A stretch of DNA of 64,000 nt from Balanoglossus misakiensis. Lineage: Eukaryota; Animalia; Hemichordata. The notes below the pieces were generated by a model that was not told the origin of the DNA, ran no database searches, and worked only from the letters and a program-made list of their open reading frames with translations. The stretch lies in assembly GCA_040954595.2 (NCBI GenBank), contig CM082587.2:3790275-3854274 (forward strand). Direction: 5' to 3'. The stretch's first letter is position 1. Each line of letters begins with the position of its first letter. The translations under genes and the position numbers were made by a program. Shown here one piece after another: positions 23,853 to 36,900 of this stretch.

Positions 23853-26800
23853 ATGGCGACGAAAACGTTGACGGGCGACGGAGAGGCGAGAAAGCAGGCT
23901 GGATTCTGGTACCGCCACAGCACCTTGGCTGCCAATCTGATACTGATCGGCGCGCTTATTCTGTACCTGACCGCCGGTGCCTTTGCTTTTCTGCACATCG
24001 AGGGAAACCACGAACGGCAGACGCTTGCCACGGCGAGCGAAATATCACGGCAGCACTCCGACGACATGATACAGAAACTGAGGAACATGAGCCGCGACGT
24101 TTTCACCCACGTCGCCACCGACGAAAATTTCACCTCCATGTTGAGAGAGCAGATGGAGAAACTGGCCACTTCTTTGACGGCACTGTCGTCGTACGATTCT
24201 GGAAGTGGGAAAGGCCACGTGAAGTGGACGTACGCGTCGTCGCTCTTCTTCTGCACGACAGTCATAACAACAATAGGTTAGTCCTCTGTTGTTGTGTTTT
24301 TTAAATCTCAAATCGAATTGGTTTTTTACAGGATTCGAACACAGTACCACCTCACAAACCATGCAGGCAAGTCCGCGCATCAAACCACTGACGTTCACAT
24401 TCCCCGCAGTTGAATGCGCCTTTCACAAACATTTCCCGCAAGCTTTACCGAAGTTTCCCACTCGCTCGACATCGGCAGTTTTTCATGTCTTCGTTGCAAT
24501 TCAAACGTGTCTTATGTCGTCGTCTTGAGAGAAGAACGGTTGCGGGAGACACATTTTTGTATTTCCTTTGACAGAATGATGTCAAGGAAACACCCATAAT
24601 TTGTTAAACTATCAGAGCGGAATGGCCAATTTAGTAAATTGGATAAAAGTGATCTGTCCTTAAGGCAGAATTTATTTTTGAAATTGAACACAAAACCCCT
24701 GACATTACACTCGCTCGGACAGCTAGCACATACAGTAGGTTGAGATTGCGTCAGAAGTGTTTTAATTCCACCAGCTACAAAACTTCTCTTCTTTCACAGG
24801 TAAAACATCGTTAGACTTTTCCCCAAATTTCAAGCATGCACCAACAAAACCATTAGCCCATGACAAATGGTTTCTATTCTCATCGGTTGGTGCTATTAAA
24901 GTGATTGTTTCTCCGAACTCTGCGTGTCGAAGAAAGAAGATGGCTCATTACCTTCGCTTATTTTCATTACATAGTTATTTTTAGCGTGGATTGCTCTCAT
25001 TTGTTCTTTTAAGACGAAATACACGCGGACGTACGGCAGGGGGTCGTTCATGCGCAAATTATATCCTCTGGGTGGGAAGGACAATGATTTGACTATGATC
25101 ACACCTCACGACGTGTCATTAGGTGTTTTGTTGTTGTTAAGATTTTGTCCATTTGGCGCAGTGATCGTTCATGATATACCATATATAACACCATTTGCTA
25201 GATTTAACAAGATAAATTTGGGATGATACTCCATTATTAAAGGGCCTTCCGAAATTGATTTCGAAATCATTAGAAATATTGGAAATTGAACTTTAATAAT
25301 TTATTGCTGAGGACTTGGAGACACTTTCATCTGAATGATCGCAGATGTGCTGTTCTCCATATCATCGGTATATGTCACTAATACAAGCATCTGTTACCAT
25401 GGTTTCTCTGTTGCGGCAGTTTTGACATTAGCACACGATGTATCGCACAGCATTAGGATATTGAAAAAAATCTTTTCATTATGAAGAGTGCATGCTTTAT
25501 TATTTTCAATTAACGTCGTCACTTTGTATCGTTTGTTTGTTTGTCTTTAATATTCAATGATAGGAGTACGTCTACGTCATTAAGCGTTAGACTTGGGTGC
25601 GATTTCGGTAAATAGAAGTCATAGCGTCGTAAAGTCGATTGTATAAAGGTCGAAAGTAACACCACGGGCACAAGGACTTTAAAATATTTTACTCCTCTGG
25701 AGGGTCACCGATATTAGGGTATCGTTTGTCATGGTTTTAATGTTTTGTGGTTATTTCGTATATATACAGCTGTAAATGGGTCAGTTTTTTTACGAGCATT
25801 TTCTCGTTTATTGCAGGCTGGTTTGCCCATTGATCTGTGTAATTAGACATATATGCGCGCCTTAGAATCAATAATTACTGACCGTTCTCACTTTCATTAC
25901 TTTCTTGCAATAAAATCAAATGCCGTATGTCTCGTTCGAAATTGCACACTAAAGCGACGGATCGCTGAAGGTTACTATATCCTTCAAATTCGTTTGAATC
26001 GACTGCCCTGAGGGAAATGGCCTTGGTGTCCGCGTCTTGTAAGTCTGCAGTTGCATCACCATGGTTACAACTAACCGGCGGGTTAGGTTATTGACATCTT
26101 GTAAATGTTGAAGTTCTGTTTGCAGTCGACCTCTGTTATTCTTCCTTCTTGTGATCAATAACACCAGCTTGTTGACTTCAAGATGGCCCTGAAACGATTA
26201 CAGTGTAGTTTATGGGCGACTTATACGTTGACTATATGGATGAGATGCACGTATGTTCACAGACTAGACGAAGGGCTAATCTCATTAAAGGTATACGGTC
26301 ACCTATACAAATTTAGCGACAGTTACCATGGTAAATCGAGATCTAACCAATCACAGATTTTCAGTGGGTGGCACACGCGAAAATAAAGCGTTCTTTAGAA
26401 CACTCAAATACGCCATTTCAACTATATATGGCGATATGTAAATTGGAGGTGACCGTATACCTTTAACAGTGATCGCAAGACTGTGTTCCAAAAAGAAATT
26501 AATCTTTTATTAGTCAGACACTGTATTAAAAATGGAACGAATGGAATGATCGATCACGTGGGCAATAATTGCATTCTAACTTTTTATCTGTTGTTTGCGA
26601 TTTATTAAGATGATGATGATGGTGATGTCCACATCCAGAACACATTTGACAGCAAGCATTAGTAATATTTCACTTTCGATTTTAAGCGTTGAAAGTTATA
26701 AAATAAGTGCTTGCATTTCTATACCGCCGCCCATGCTATTAGTCTTACATTATAGGCAGTATGTACATGTTGATTTTTGATTCTAAATGTCAGATCAGCC

Positions 26801-28384
26801 ACAGACAGTCCTGGCTATTGCTGAAATGACGCAGATGAAATATGTTTAGGATATTTTTATTGAAACTCTGTTTCCTCTAAGTAATTACAAGCGACAATAA
26901 ATCATGCTGTCCAGATTCGAAGGATTTATTGGAATTCATCTTGTGTCTTGAATTATGGTGGTTTTCGTAATTTTTATGGCTGCTCTGGGATTCCTCACAC
27001 CGTATCTCATCGACCGGATTAGGGCTGCCAGTAGTAGAAAAAGAAACGCGACGTAAAACAAGAAATGCACAAGGGAAATTCAGCAGGCTCATACATGATT
27101 TAAAAAATGTACGAGCTTAACTGCCGATATGCGGGGCGCACGTCGCTGAGTTAATTTAATTAAACGACAATGGCGGCGAAAACGTGGTGTACGAGAACAA
27201 GGCAGGGATTTCTTTGGGATAAAAAAACTCCCAATGAATGCGAAATTAGGGGAGATATCATACATGCTCTGAAAGCATATCGTTGTTTCATGCGTGGGAT
27301 TTGCATTGTGAGTTGTCGAATCAGGTTTATTCATAGAAGCCTAAGATATGGTTTTAAGATTAAAAAAGTTCAAGATCACGCAGAGCTTTCGCGGCACAAA
27401 TCCTTTGTGAAGCCTGCAGCTGTGATCTTTATACGTGACGGTTCAAATTGAAGTGTCAAGTAGATTAATAAATTAAACCCACGTTCCGCGTTTCCATTGG
27501 CCAATAGACCATGAGTGCATAATTATGTACCTTTACACTTGGGTTGATGGGAATTAAGGAAGTTTATCAGGGGTGCACGCGCTCTCATATTGTGATGGAT
27601 GTGCGTAGCCATGTTGGTTGCCTTCACAAGAATAATAATATAATTCAATTATAATAATGTTATTATCTTTTTATATGTTACAGGGTATGGCAACATTGTA
27701 CCAGTGACAGTCGCCGGTCGAGTCTTGTGTATATTCTATGCCATCTTTGGGATTCCTCTGTTGCTATTGGTCTTGTCAATACTCGGAAACAGACTCGCCA
27801 GCCCCTGCAAAGGACTGTGTTTGATACTGCTTTGCAAGAAAATGAAACAACGCATCTCAATGGAGATCCCATTAGTCGAAATGAGTACCACAGCAAGCAG
27901 CGAGCAGGTGTCCGTCGTTAAGACTAGCCACCAGGAGATCAAGAAGCCTTACTTCACCCGCTTCGGAGAAGTTTGCCGCGAGAAGTCGACCCAGACGGAC
28001 TTCGCGAGTGACGAGAAGAACGAAGAAGCGACGAAGCACCAACAAGGCGGCACCAGTGAAGGCGATTCTCCCGGCGAGGGCGCCACCATCTGTTTGGTCG
28101 TCATCCTACTGATTCTGTACTTGGCCGGCGGGGCGTTACTCTACTCCAAGATGAACAGCTGGTCGTACATAGACAGTCTGTACTTTGTGTTCGTGACATT
28201 GAGCACGATAGGATTCGGGGACATCATGCCCGAATCGAGAGTGGGTGGCAACATGCAGTTCACTGCGGCTATTTGTTTTATCTACGTGTTCATAGGTCTA
28301 TCGATTATGTCAACCGTCTTTTCATTGGCCCAAAACTCTATTACGAAGACATTCAATTTGATAAAAGGCAAATGCAATGGTTAG
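23853..28384 (+). CDS. Two-pore-domain potassium channel (K2P/KCNK; TWiK/TRESK-like architecture)
   Basis: Exons 23853-24276 and 27684-28384 give 374 aa. P1 is WTYASSLFFCTTVITTIGYGNIVP (split by the intron) and M2 is GRVLCIFYAIFGIPLLL. P2 is WSYIDSLYFVFVTLSTIGFGDIMP. There are four TM helices, a long M2-M3 loop and a very short C-tail. Confidence 0.93.
26285..26466. mobile_element. Non-autonomous TTAA-targeting MITE (Kolobok-like termini)
   Basis: TTAA|AGGTATACGGTCACCT ... AGGTGACCGTATACCT|TTAA: perfect 16-bp TIRs with a TTAA duplication, and no ORF. Confidence 0.8.
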
Positions 28385-29344
28385 TTATAACACTGGCGAC
28401 TGTAGGGTGAATATAATGTAACAAATGAAAAGGTGTCATACACCTGTCCACAAATTGTTCATGTGTCTCTTTTTTAAATTGTACTATGAAGTGACTTTTT
28501 ATACGTTATTTTATACTAGTCAACGAGTTCGAACGTGCCTGACGATTTCTGATTTCAAATACACCTACATGTGTATATTCTTTACATATATTTATAACTT
28601 ATGTACACAGAGTTATACGCAATAAATGTACTAAGAATCGATCTATCACTTGCTTTCATGTTTGCATAATTGTAGGAAGTCCGTATCATGAACCACAGGC
28701 AATCTCTCTCCCTCTCCCTCTCTCAGCTCATATTTGCACACATAACATAAATATATACGCACATGTGTATATGTACGGTTCAACAAGTATTCAAATACTG
28801 TAAAATCACAAGATTTCACCTCACTTGAACACATTCCACGAACTATATTCAGATGTCTATGCTTATACATTTGTATTTCGTTTAGCGCCCCCAGCGGCAT
28901 GTTGTAAAGATACGTACACGCATCTGAAGAGTTCGTCGGCAAATACATGTACAGTACGTACACGGAATCAAATCCTGCAAAGAGCTGATATGTTATCGTG
29001 GACGGTTGGCAGATGGTGAATAAAAACGAGAGAATAAAAGAGAATATATAACAGTGGAAAAATCGCTCACGCATACATTCCCTATTAATGTGAAATGTTT
29101 GGCCTGTCATCATATAAACTTTATGTTATAAAGCTCAGTACAGTGAGTGTATAAATTGCACGGTTACCCTGGCATAGATGTAAATCTTTATGTGAATGGA
29201 GACATAATTTTAAGCGGTATTATTGGGTTATATTTCCGCCAGCTATTAGTCTGTCAAACTTTAAATCGATCGTTTTCGCGTATATACCGCCGACATGATG
29301 ACCAAATGAGGTCACAGTGTCAGGTGATCAGGGACACCCCTGTT

Positions 29345-29385
29345 TGGTCACGTGACTCATAGTAATGAATTAAACATGGCGGTAG
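29345..29385 (+). promoter_or_regulatory. Proximal promoter motifs of the NCS gene
   Basis: A palindromic E-box GTCACGTGAC (29347-29356) overlaps an AP-1 site TGACTCA. A YY1-like AAACATGGCGG follows (about 29372-29382). Both lie in a CpG-rich patch 160-200 bp upstream of the ATG. Confidence 0.5.
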
Positions 29386-29544
29386 TGAATAGCGGCCGAT
29401 GTCGCTGCTGAATGGTCTCCGCAGCTATTCTCCGTTCGCCGACAATTTTTACCGAGAGGAACCCAATTCACCGGAGGGGAAGCGAGGTCCGGGATATTTC
29501 TGAGCATCTGCTGAGTTTGAGCCGAGACTGGCGGACTCCGAACG

Positions 29545-30938
29545 ATGGGCAAGGGAACCAGTAAACTGAGCGCGGGCGAAATCAAGGAACTGCAACAGTG
29601 TACATACTGTAAGTGTCTGTCACCGTGCGTGTGCATGGAGTCTTTGTAATCACAACAAACGTCCTGTTGAATTTTCGTGGCAACATATTCCGATATTTCA
29701 GTTTATTCGTGACTTGCTAAAACCGCAGTATGTTCTTTACTTTTTTTCGTTATTTTCAATGCTTAATTCGGCTTCAATGCATTGCTGTCGATGAAATTAT
29801 TTCTTGTGAGTGAATGCAGAGGCAGTGCGGAAAGCGTTCGCTACTGTCAAAATTGTAGACTGTTGTTACTATGCCTACGGGCAGCGATGATAGAGTCCTG
29901 ATGGGTTAATTCTCAATCGCTCGCTGATTGTGCTAGCGCACACGGTAGCAGGGGACGCGTAATTTGGGAGTTTTTGCGAAGTGTGTGATAGCTAATGAAT
30001 GAATTACTACTATGATTCACATTCGAAGCCTGGGTTCGCTTTGAAATCATTCACCCGGCTTGCTTTGTTTGGAGTGTTAACAATAGAAACAAACGCTTTA
30101 ACTTCGACCGTTCATGGCAAAAGTTTCACGTATTGACTGTCTCCGTCTGCATGAACAGGTCAATTTGTATTCCCTTTCCCAAATTACCATGTATCGTTCA
30201 CAATGGACATTTTCCTGGTTAAAAAAATACATGCGAAATTGAAGAAGATGACCAGATCAATTTCAATGTAACTAATCAGTTATCTATAACACAGTCCCTC
30301 TTGAGGGACTGTGTCTATAACTAGGCCGGTCGTGGTATTGTCTAGCTAGTCGACAATTTCTGCATAGATCATGCTGAAGCTTTTATCCCAGCGACAGTTT
30401 TGGTTGAATGCAGACAGTATAAATTAAATGTGTTTTATGCATTGTGTCAACAGTGTGACCAATTTCGAAATAATTGCATAGATAAATAAAAAAATAATCA
30501 AAATTCTTCTTGAGTTGTGTGTACAAATGTTTTCTTATTCAGCTTGTCATAACCGTTTTCCAGTTTGTACTATCTAGATCTGAGGTGTGAGACATGATTA
30601 ACGACAAGTGCAGATCTCATCAGTTTTCCATTATTTTGATTACTACATAAATTTTACTTTGAAAGCAAATAAATGTCTTGTGAGTTAAATATCACCAGAT
30701 CTATAGATCATCTTACTGTCTGGAATTTGTCCATTGCTCATTGGAGCATTAAGTTGTTAAAAAGGACTGACACATCTCATTTATTAAGAAATTCATTTAT
30801 TTTCATTTATGAAAGTCTTGTGTTGGAAAAAATATTGCTCGTTGATTTTTTTGGGGGGTGGAACAAATGAAGAAAAGGCAGCAAGTACAATTATTTTCTG
30901 CATACCACATTGTGCTATCTCGTGTTACAAATCATTAA

Positions 30939-30972
<34 letters not shown>

Positions 30973-33900
30973 ACAGTTGACAAAAAAGAGCTACAACAGT
31001 GGTAAGTAGCCAATTTTCAATTCCTGCCTCAATTGTCAATTATTGACACCAATTAATACAATTTATGTCTAGTTAATTACATTCAGTGGTATTATTTAAT
31101 CAGACCAGTTCACACTAAGGGTCTCTTCAATCAACAGGTAGGTTGCTATGGATACAACTTCCATAGCAAGCAATTATTTATCTAAGGTTTAGATATGTAC
31201 AGCTGTAACAGAGCAATTAAGTACCATAGCCACTGCTTTTTTAATTTTGGCAAAGCAATAGACAATCATTAGCATAATAATTGATTCTGTTGTTATGTCA
31301 ATTACCACCACATGAGAAATTCCTGGGACGAATGCTGTGCCTTCGGTGCTTTGCTGTAAGATAGTGCTAGCGTCGCTAATTTAGACAAAGAAGGCGTCAG
31401 TGACTTCTGACTCTGGCTAGTCTATACAAGCCTAGTGTCTGGTCTGGATTTGATTGGCTTTGCTGAACAGATGGCAGAGCCAAGAAGAGACAGATGAGAT
31501 ATTAGGCTGATGAAATGCGTGTATGTGAAATGCAGCATATTTCCAATGTTATACGATTGTGTCATGCGATATTGCGCCGACAGTTTATCCACACGGCATG
31601 TGCGTTTACGGTTCGTCAGGCTTATACTTGAGTTGCGTCTCATCCCGTTACCCTGTGATATCCCTTTCCGTGTGTGGGCGTTTCCGGCTTATCAGTATTG
31701 ATGTTGGTGGAAGAGACTTTTGCGGAAAGTGAATAGCTTGTAACATGAATAGGATGGAGTGGATCGCCTTGAGATATAAACAGCTGTGTGGGTGTTCCAA
31801 TATTCCAGAACTGTAAAGATGTCTTTAAAATAGAAAATGAGATCTATTTGTTAGATCTTTCCGTTTCGTGCTCAACAAGAGATGAGAGCATAAAAGACAT
31901 GCACGCAAGGATTTAAGCCAGAAAGGCTTAATTGCAGATTTTGAGATTCTCCTTTGTACATGCAAATGTTATCAAAATATGTATTAACAATAAAGGCTAC
32001 TTGTTTTGAGATATACATGTACATGATAGGCAGTAGATGTTGAGTCAGTATTTTTTTACCAATGAGACGAATTTCTATCTGCCAAATCATTTCATGAAGC
32101 CTAATTACTCTAAATTAAGCACAGTGACAATCTAATTGTGGTCAGAAACTGAGCAGTGGCTCAGATTATTGAGATGTATTACATATGCATGCCCACAACC
32201 ACTGTGTGCCAATATTAATCAGCATTTTCAACTCTACGCACCTGTGATATAATTAGCTCTCGGTGCGGCAGATAGCCAGGTTTTTTAAAGTGTTGGTGTC
32301 AGACTATGTTGACATGAATTAACCCGTGTGATGAAGTTATTAGATTCGAATGACGTTATTTATTGCGGTGTTAAGGAATATCCCATCGTACGCTCCACTC
32401 ATACTGAAATGCAATGTCTGCAACAAGCAATGTTGGTATCGGCCAATACATTGCTCCAGTACTAATAAACAGTTAATTCTGTTACCAGAGGTGAATTCTT
32501 ACAAGTACGGTGTATTAATTTCTGATCAAGTGTTTGATAAACCTGAAACTGCAGGAAGCTCCACTGCGGCTATTGAAATACCGATGTACTATGAGTGTAT
32601 CATGAGGGTTGTTAACTGACTTCATAATAAATCATTGCTGTCTCGTATCCCCCTGCGTTCGTGTTTGCACATAACACCTGTGTGATCCCGTCGCTGGACT
32701 GTGGTGGAATTCGGCGATAAAATGCCTGTTCGTTCAAAATTGGTCAGTGTCTTACAATACTGTTGTGTATGGCTATAGCACCGCACTGTCCCAAGACGTC
32801 AAATATCATGTGTACATACATCATGTGAACCTTGGCCATTAATATTCAAGATTTAATATCACAGGAATGTACTTTTTACATGCCTGTAATTCCCAGAAGT
32901 TCTTGGGGCTTTAATGTGTCCATGAAGAGCCTTTTCCGAGAGTGATGATGCAGTAAACAAATATTTAAATTGAGTTTTAATACCAACATGTGTATTGAAC
33001 TCTTTTGCGTCATGTACATGTATGGTTTCAAATTCAATCTATTACTATTATGGGTTTACTAGGATTTTGTCCAGAATAAAATATTGCATGCATATGATAG
33101 TACTGCAATGTTCTATGGAGAAGGGAAATTCAAGGAATAAGCAGATTTTGATAGCGGGACAAAAAATGTGTGGATTAGCATTTATTTTTTTTGTCCATCA
33201 TCCAACGGGCGATAACAGTGTTTTCGCCCATTGGATGATGGACAAAAAAAAATTTAAAAAAAAATTATGTATATACATAAAAACATGTCCATGTCTGGGT
33301 ATTGAACCCACCATCCTCTGATGGTCATTCTAACCATAACCTTGACCACCAGGGCACACTTGACCACTAGGCCACAATGTCTTCTATGTATATGCAAGTG
33401 TAGGAACTCTTTCTATTGCTGTTTTAGGCACATAACTTTGTTAAAGTACCGGTGTGCATTTTCCAAGTTTTGCCTCTTGAATTGAAAATGTATCATCACA
33501 AACAGCTGTAATTTGACCGAGCACTGTGTGAGAATTTGAGTTTCCCCTGCAACTCTCGGGGGGGGGGGGGGGGGGGGGGGGGTACCTGGTACCACCACCC
33601 TCAGAAAAAACTGATGGTTGCATATCATCTATACAAGTGCGTGCCGTGTATTTTCAAAGTGTTCTTTAGGGAACTATGTAGTCAAGACAGACCCTGTTCA
33701 TTTGTCATGGTGTTTGACCATTTAACATCCAAAAATAGACCTGCAGCTGCCCGTTAATGACATCATCATCGTCAACATGGGACAACTTTCTGGCAAATCT
33801 CGGATACGCTTGTGCGATTGTACGCGTAACTTGGGATTTCCTCCATCATTTATTTACACTTTCACTTTCGTTGTCATCTCCGATTCGTGCATCTCATCAG

Positions 33901-36900
33901 ATGGGTCATTCATGACAGACTTCTGCATGTTTGCGTGGTTGTGGTTTAAACAGTTCTTCGCTTGGTAGAGCAAATTGATTGAGGGTGTTTTGTGTAAAAT
34001 ATTTATGGGAAGGATATTAGTTTAGTCTAAACAGCCACTTATTGAAAGGGATAGTACCGACCTTGCTGTAATGCAAAAGTTCGGTTGTTGACCAACATCA
34101 TTTTAGTGATGCAGAAATAAGCTACGGCTATAGAATATATCGTGCTCAGTGTTCATAGAGATGGCACTAAGCTGTCGACTAACATACACCAAGATCTCTT
34201 AATAAAAAGTAAACCACTCGTCATTTCATTGTTTCGTGAAAATCATGAGGCCCAGTGGAGTTGTTTGAGACTAACCACCTGAACCAGCCAATCTAGGTTC
34301 TTTAATTGGATTTAATGGAGCTAGCGATCGTCTGTGCGTGTGTGTTTAGATGTCCTAATTTATCCAGAATGATCCAGACACTGATTGCCAGCTGGACTCC
34401 CTAAATGAGGCATATTAAGAAGTTTATGTGGTTGTTGCGTCTTGTAATGGATTGACGAAATGTATTCTCTGCTTTGTATGCAAGGAAGGACGTACATCAT
34501 CATCGGTGTGTGCAAAAGATTTGATCTGCGCAGTTCAGTTTTCGAGGAACTACATCAAGGGTCTGTGATATTGCGATGTTCGTGAATAAAATAACAGCCA
34601 AGCAATCATGATAAAGTAAGCCTGCAGGCAGAGAATTTTATTTTGAAAAATTGGTGTCGTCAATAATAAATCAGATTCCAGTGAAGGTACATGTATGATA
34701 TCATATGACTAGATATGAATTACTCTGTACTGTACAAACCAGAACTAAGCTTACGACTGGGTCAGCTCTGAGCTAACACAAGGCAAGGCAACCAGGTTGG
34801 GAAGGGATTGTGGTGTGATAAATTCTTGTGTGTACTGGCATTTCTGTGGTCCTGGCAACAGATAATTTGGGGAAACTCAATGTGAAGCCAGAGGATTTTC
34901 TTCGGTTCAATCAGATATATTTTTCACTTTACTTTCTGTCAACATTGTTTGACACTGAGGACTTTGCCACAGATACTCAAATAGACCAAACACGTCTCTC
35001 AGAGTATGTGAGATGAGCCATAAGGGGACAAAAACTGTTGTTTATCAGCAAAGGCTTGTCACTCAACAGCGTTGGCAGGGGTTGCCATGGTTATGGATTG
35101 GGCCTACACATACTTTACTGTGCTGCGAAAAATGTGTGAGCTGGAGAATTGTCTGCAGTGCTTCAATACTTGAAAATGCCTCCAGCAAATTTTCGCATCA
35201 ACATTTTATCTGTCGCCATGGTGTAGCCAAAGTCTTTGATGTCAATTTTTGAAGAATTTCTTTTAAGAATGCATATATCTTCTTTCGTTGGCAATGCTTG
35301 ATTGAACACCAAAGTACTGCCCCTGGGAGTTTTATAAAAATATGTTATCGTATAAAAGGTAGTCATCGTTTGTGCCAGAATATATATTTTGAACAGACAT
35401 GTGCATGTATGTTTATACATTGATTTGCCGTGCAAGTTTTTGTAGGTCAGACGCCATGTACAAGTCAACGATAGTATCATTTAGATTGATTGTCATGATG
35501 CCGGCCTAAAGCTCGTAGAATTAAGCAATCTCGGAGGTAATTTAGAAGAAATGATGTCGCAGATGTTTTATGCAACAGTAGTAATCGAGTTTAGTACGAT
35601 AAAATTGAAATCTTGGTTTCGGATCGTGGTCAGAAAATTCAGGCAGTGGCGCCTTCAGATTGATTTCGATTCAACCAAAAGATGCTTTGTAAAATTTGAA
35701 TGTGATCTTGGAAACTGAAACAACTTGTAGTCAGTGTCTGCTAGCAGCTACTGAATATTTAACAACTATGGTCCTAAACCTAGGACCAAGAACTCCTGAA
35801 CACATGGGAGATTGATTGGTGGGGGCGAATGTTCCTTTCGAAGAACATGCTTGTTTTTTTTTGCGTCGGAGATTGCCGTTGTGCTGTGGATTTCTTGTAT
35901 TCTGATATCCTTAATCCTACAACTGCAGAGAGGATTAGGTTAATGTTTGCACTAGGGAAGGGAATTTTATTTCATTTGAACTTTTGGGCTCATGGCTAGA
36001 GATACGTGTACGTCTCATTTGCTTTAATGACACAATCTGTCATCAATCTGATAAATGCCACCAGTTGGTCAGCCAATCAGCTTTGGCCACCGGCTGCAAT
36101 CGATCGAGTGTGTGTTCAATCTTCCAGACACATGATTGAAAAACCAGTCCGCCCAGAAAAAATCTGCGAAGTTGTCCCCGAGTTTTCCGTGACATGTCAA
36201 GATTTGCGATGAGACATGCTAAAAGTCATGCACAGGCAAACCAATTAGCGACAGTAATGGTCCTTTTTTCAATCCAGATCTCATGTCAGCTGCATCATAA
36301 ACGTTGCCACAGAGAAATGATGATTGCCGTAGACTGATCAATTAGCCTTCCTTATTGCACCAAAGGCTATAAGCAGCATGCACTTTTATTCTATTCATCT
36401 GGGAACTATGATTCTCTTTGGAGATTCCATTTTGGACCACCGATACTCAGTTATTAAAAGATTGAAACTTTTCATTCCATAAACTCTTAAGATTGTCACC
36501 TTTCCTACGAGACTCAAAGCTTTCTCTGATGATTACTGAAAGGTGTTTTTGTACAAGTAAAAAACCCCCCAAATAAATGGATGAATGGAACATCAGCAGG
36601 CCTGTGCATGTACGTGTTCGTCACAGGTGAATGTCTAAATGGATGACACATCTTGATCACCAGTGCTACACAGAGACATGGTCTAGTTTCCATTTGGTTG
36701 ATCATGCATCACGCCACATTACACAGGTGTGTGACTAAAACAATTTCAGATTGGTCCCGATGAACTCTCCTGAAGCGTTCATGTGCCATCGTACATTGAA
36801 CTGTGGGTAACCTTACGTAGAGCACAGTGCCTGCTGGGAACTCAGAGATGACGAGCACAGTCTTCACAGTGTTTTTCAAAATTCTGCAGCTGTTTTTCAT

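Noticed and set aside
23678-24304. 208-aa ORF overlapping K2P exon 1
   Set aside because: It is an alternative frame with a non-ATG start and no recognisable motif; the channel frame starting at 23853 explains the region.
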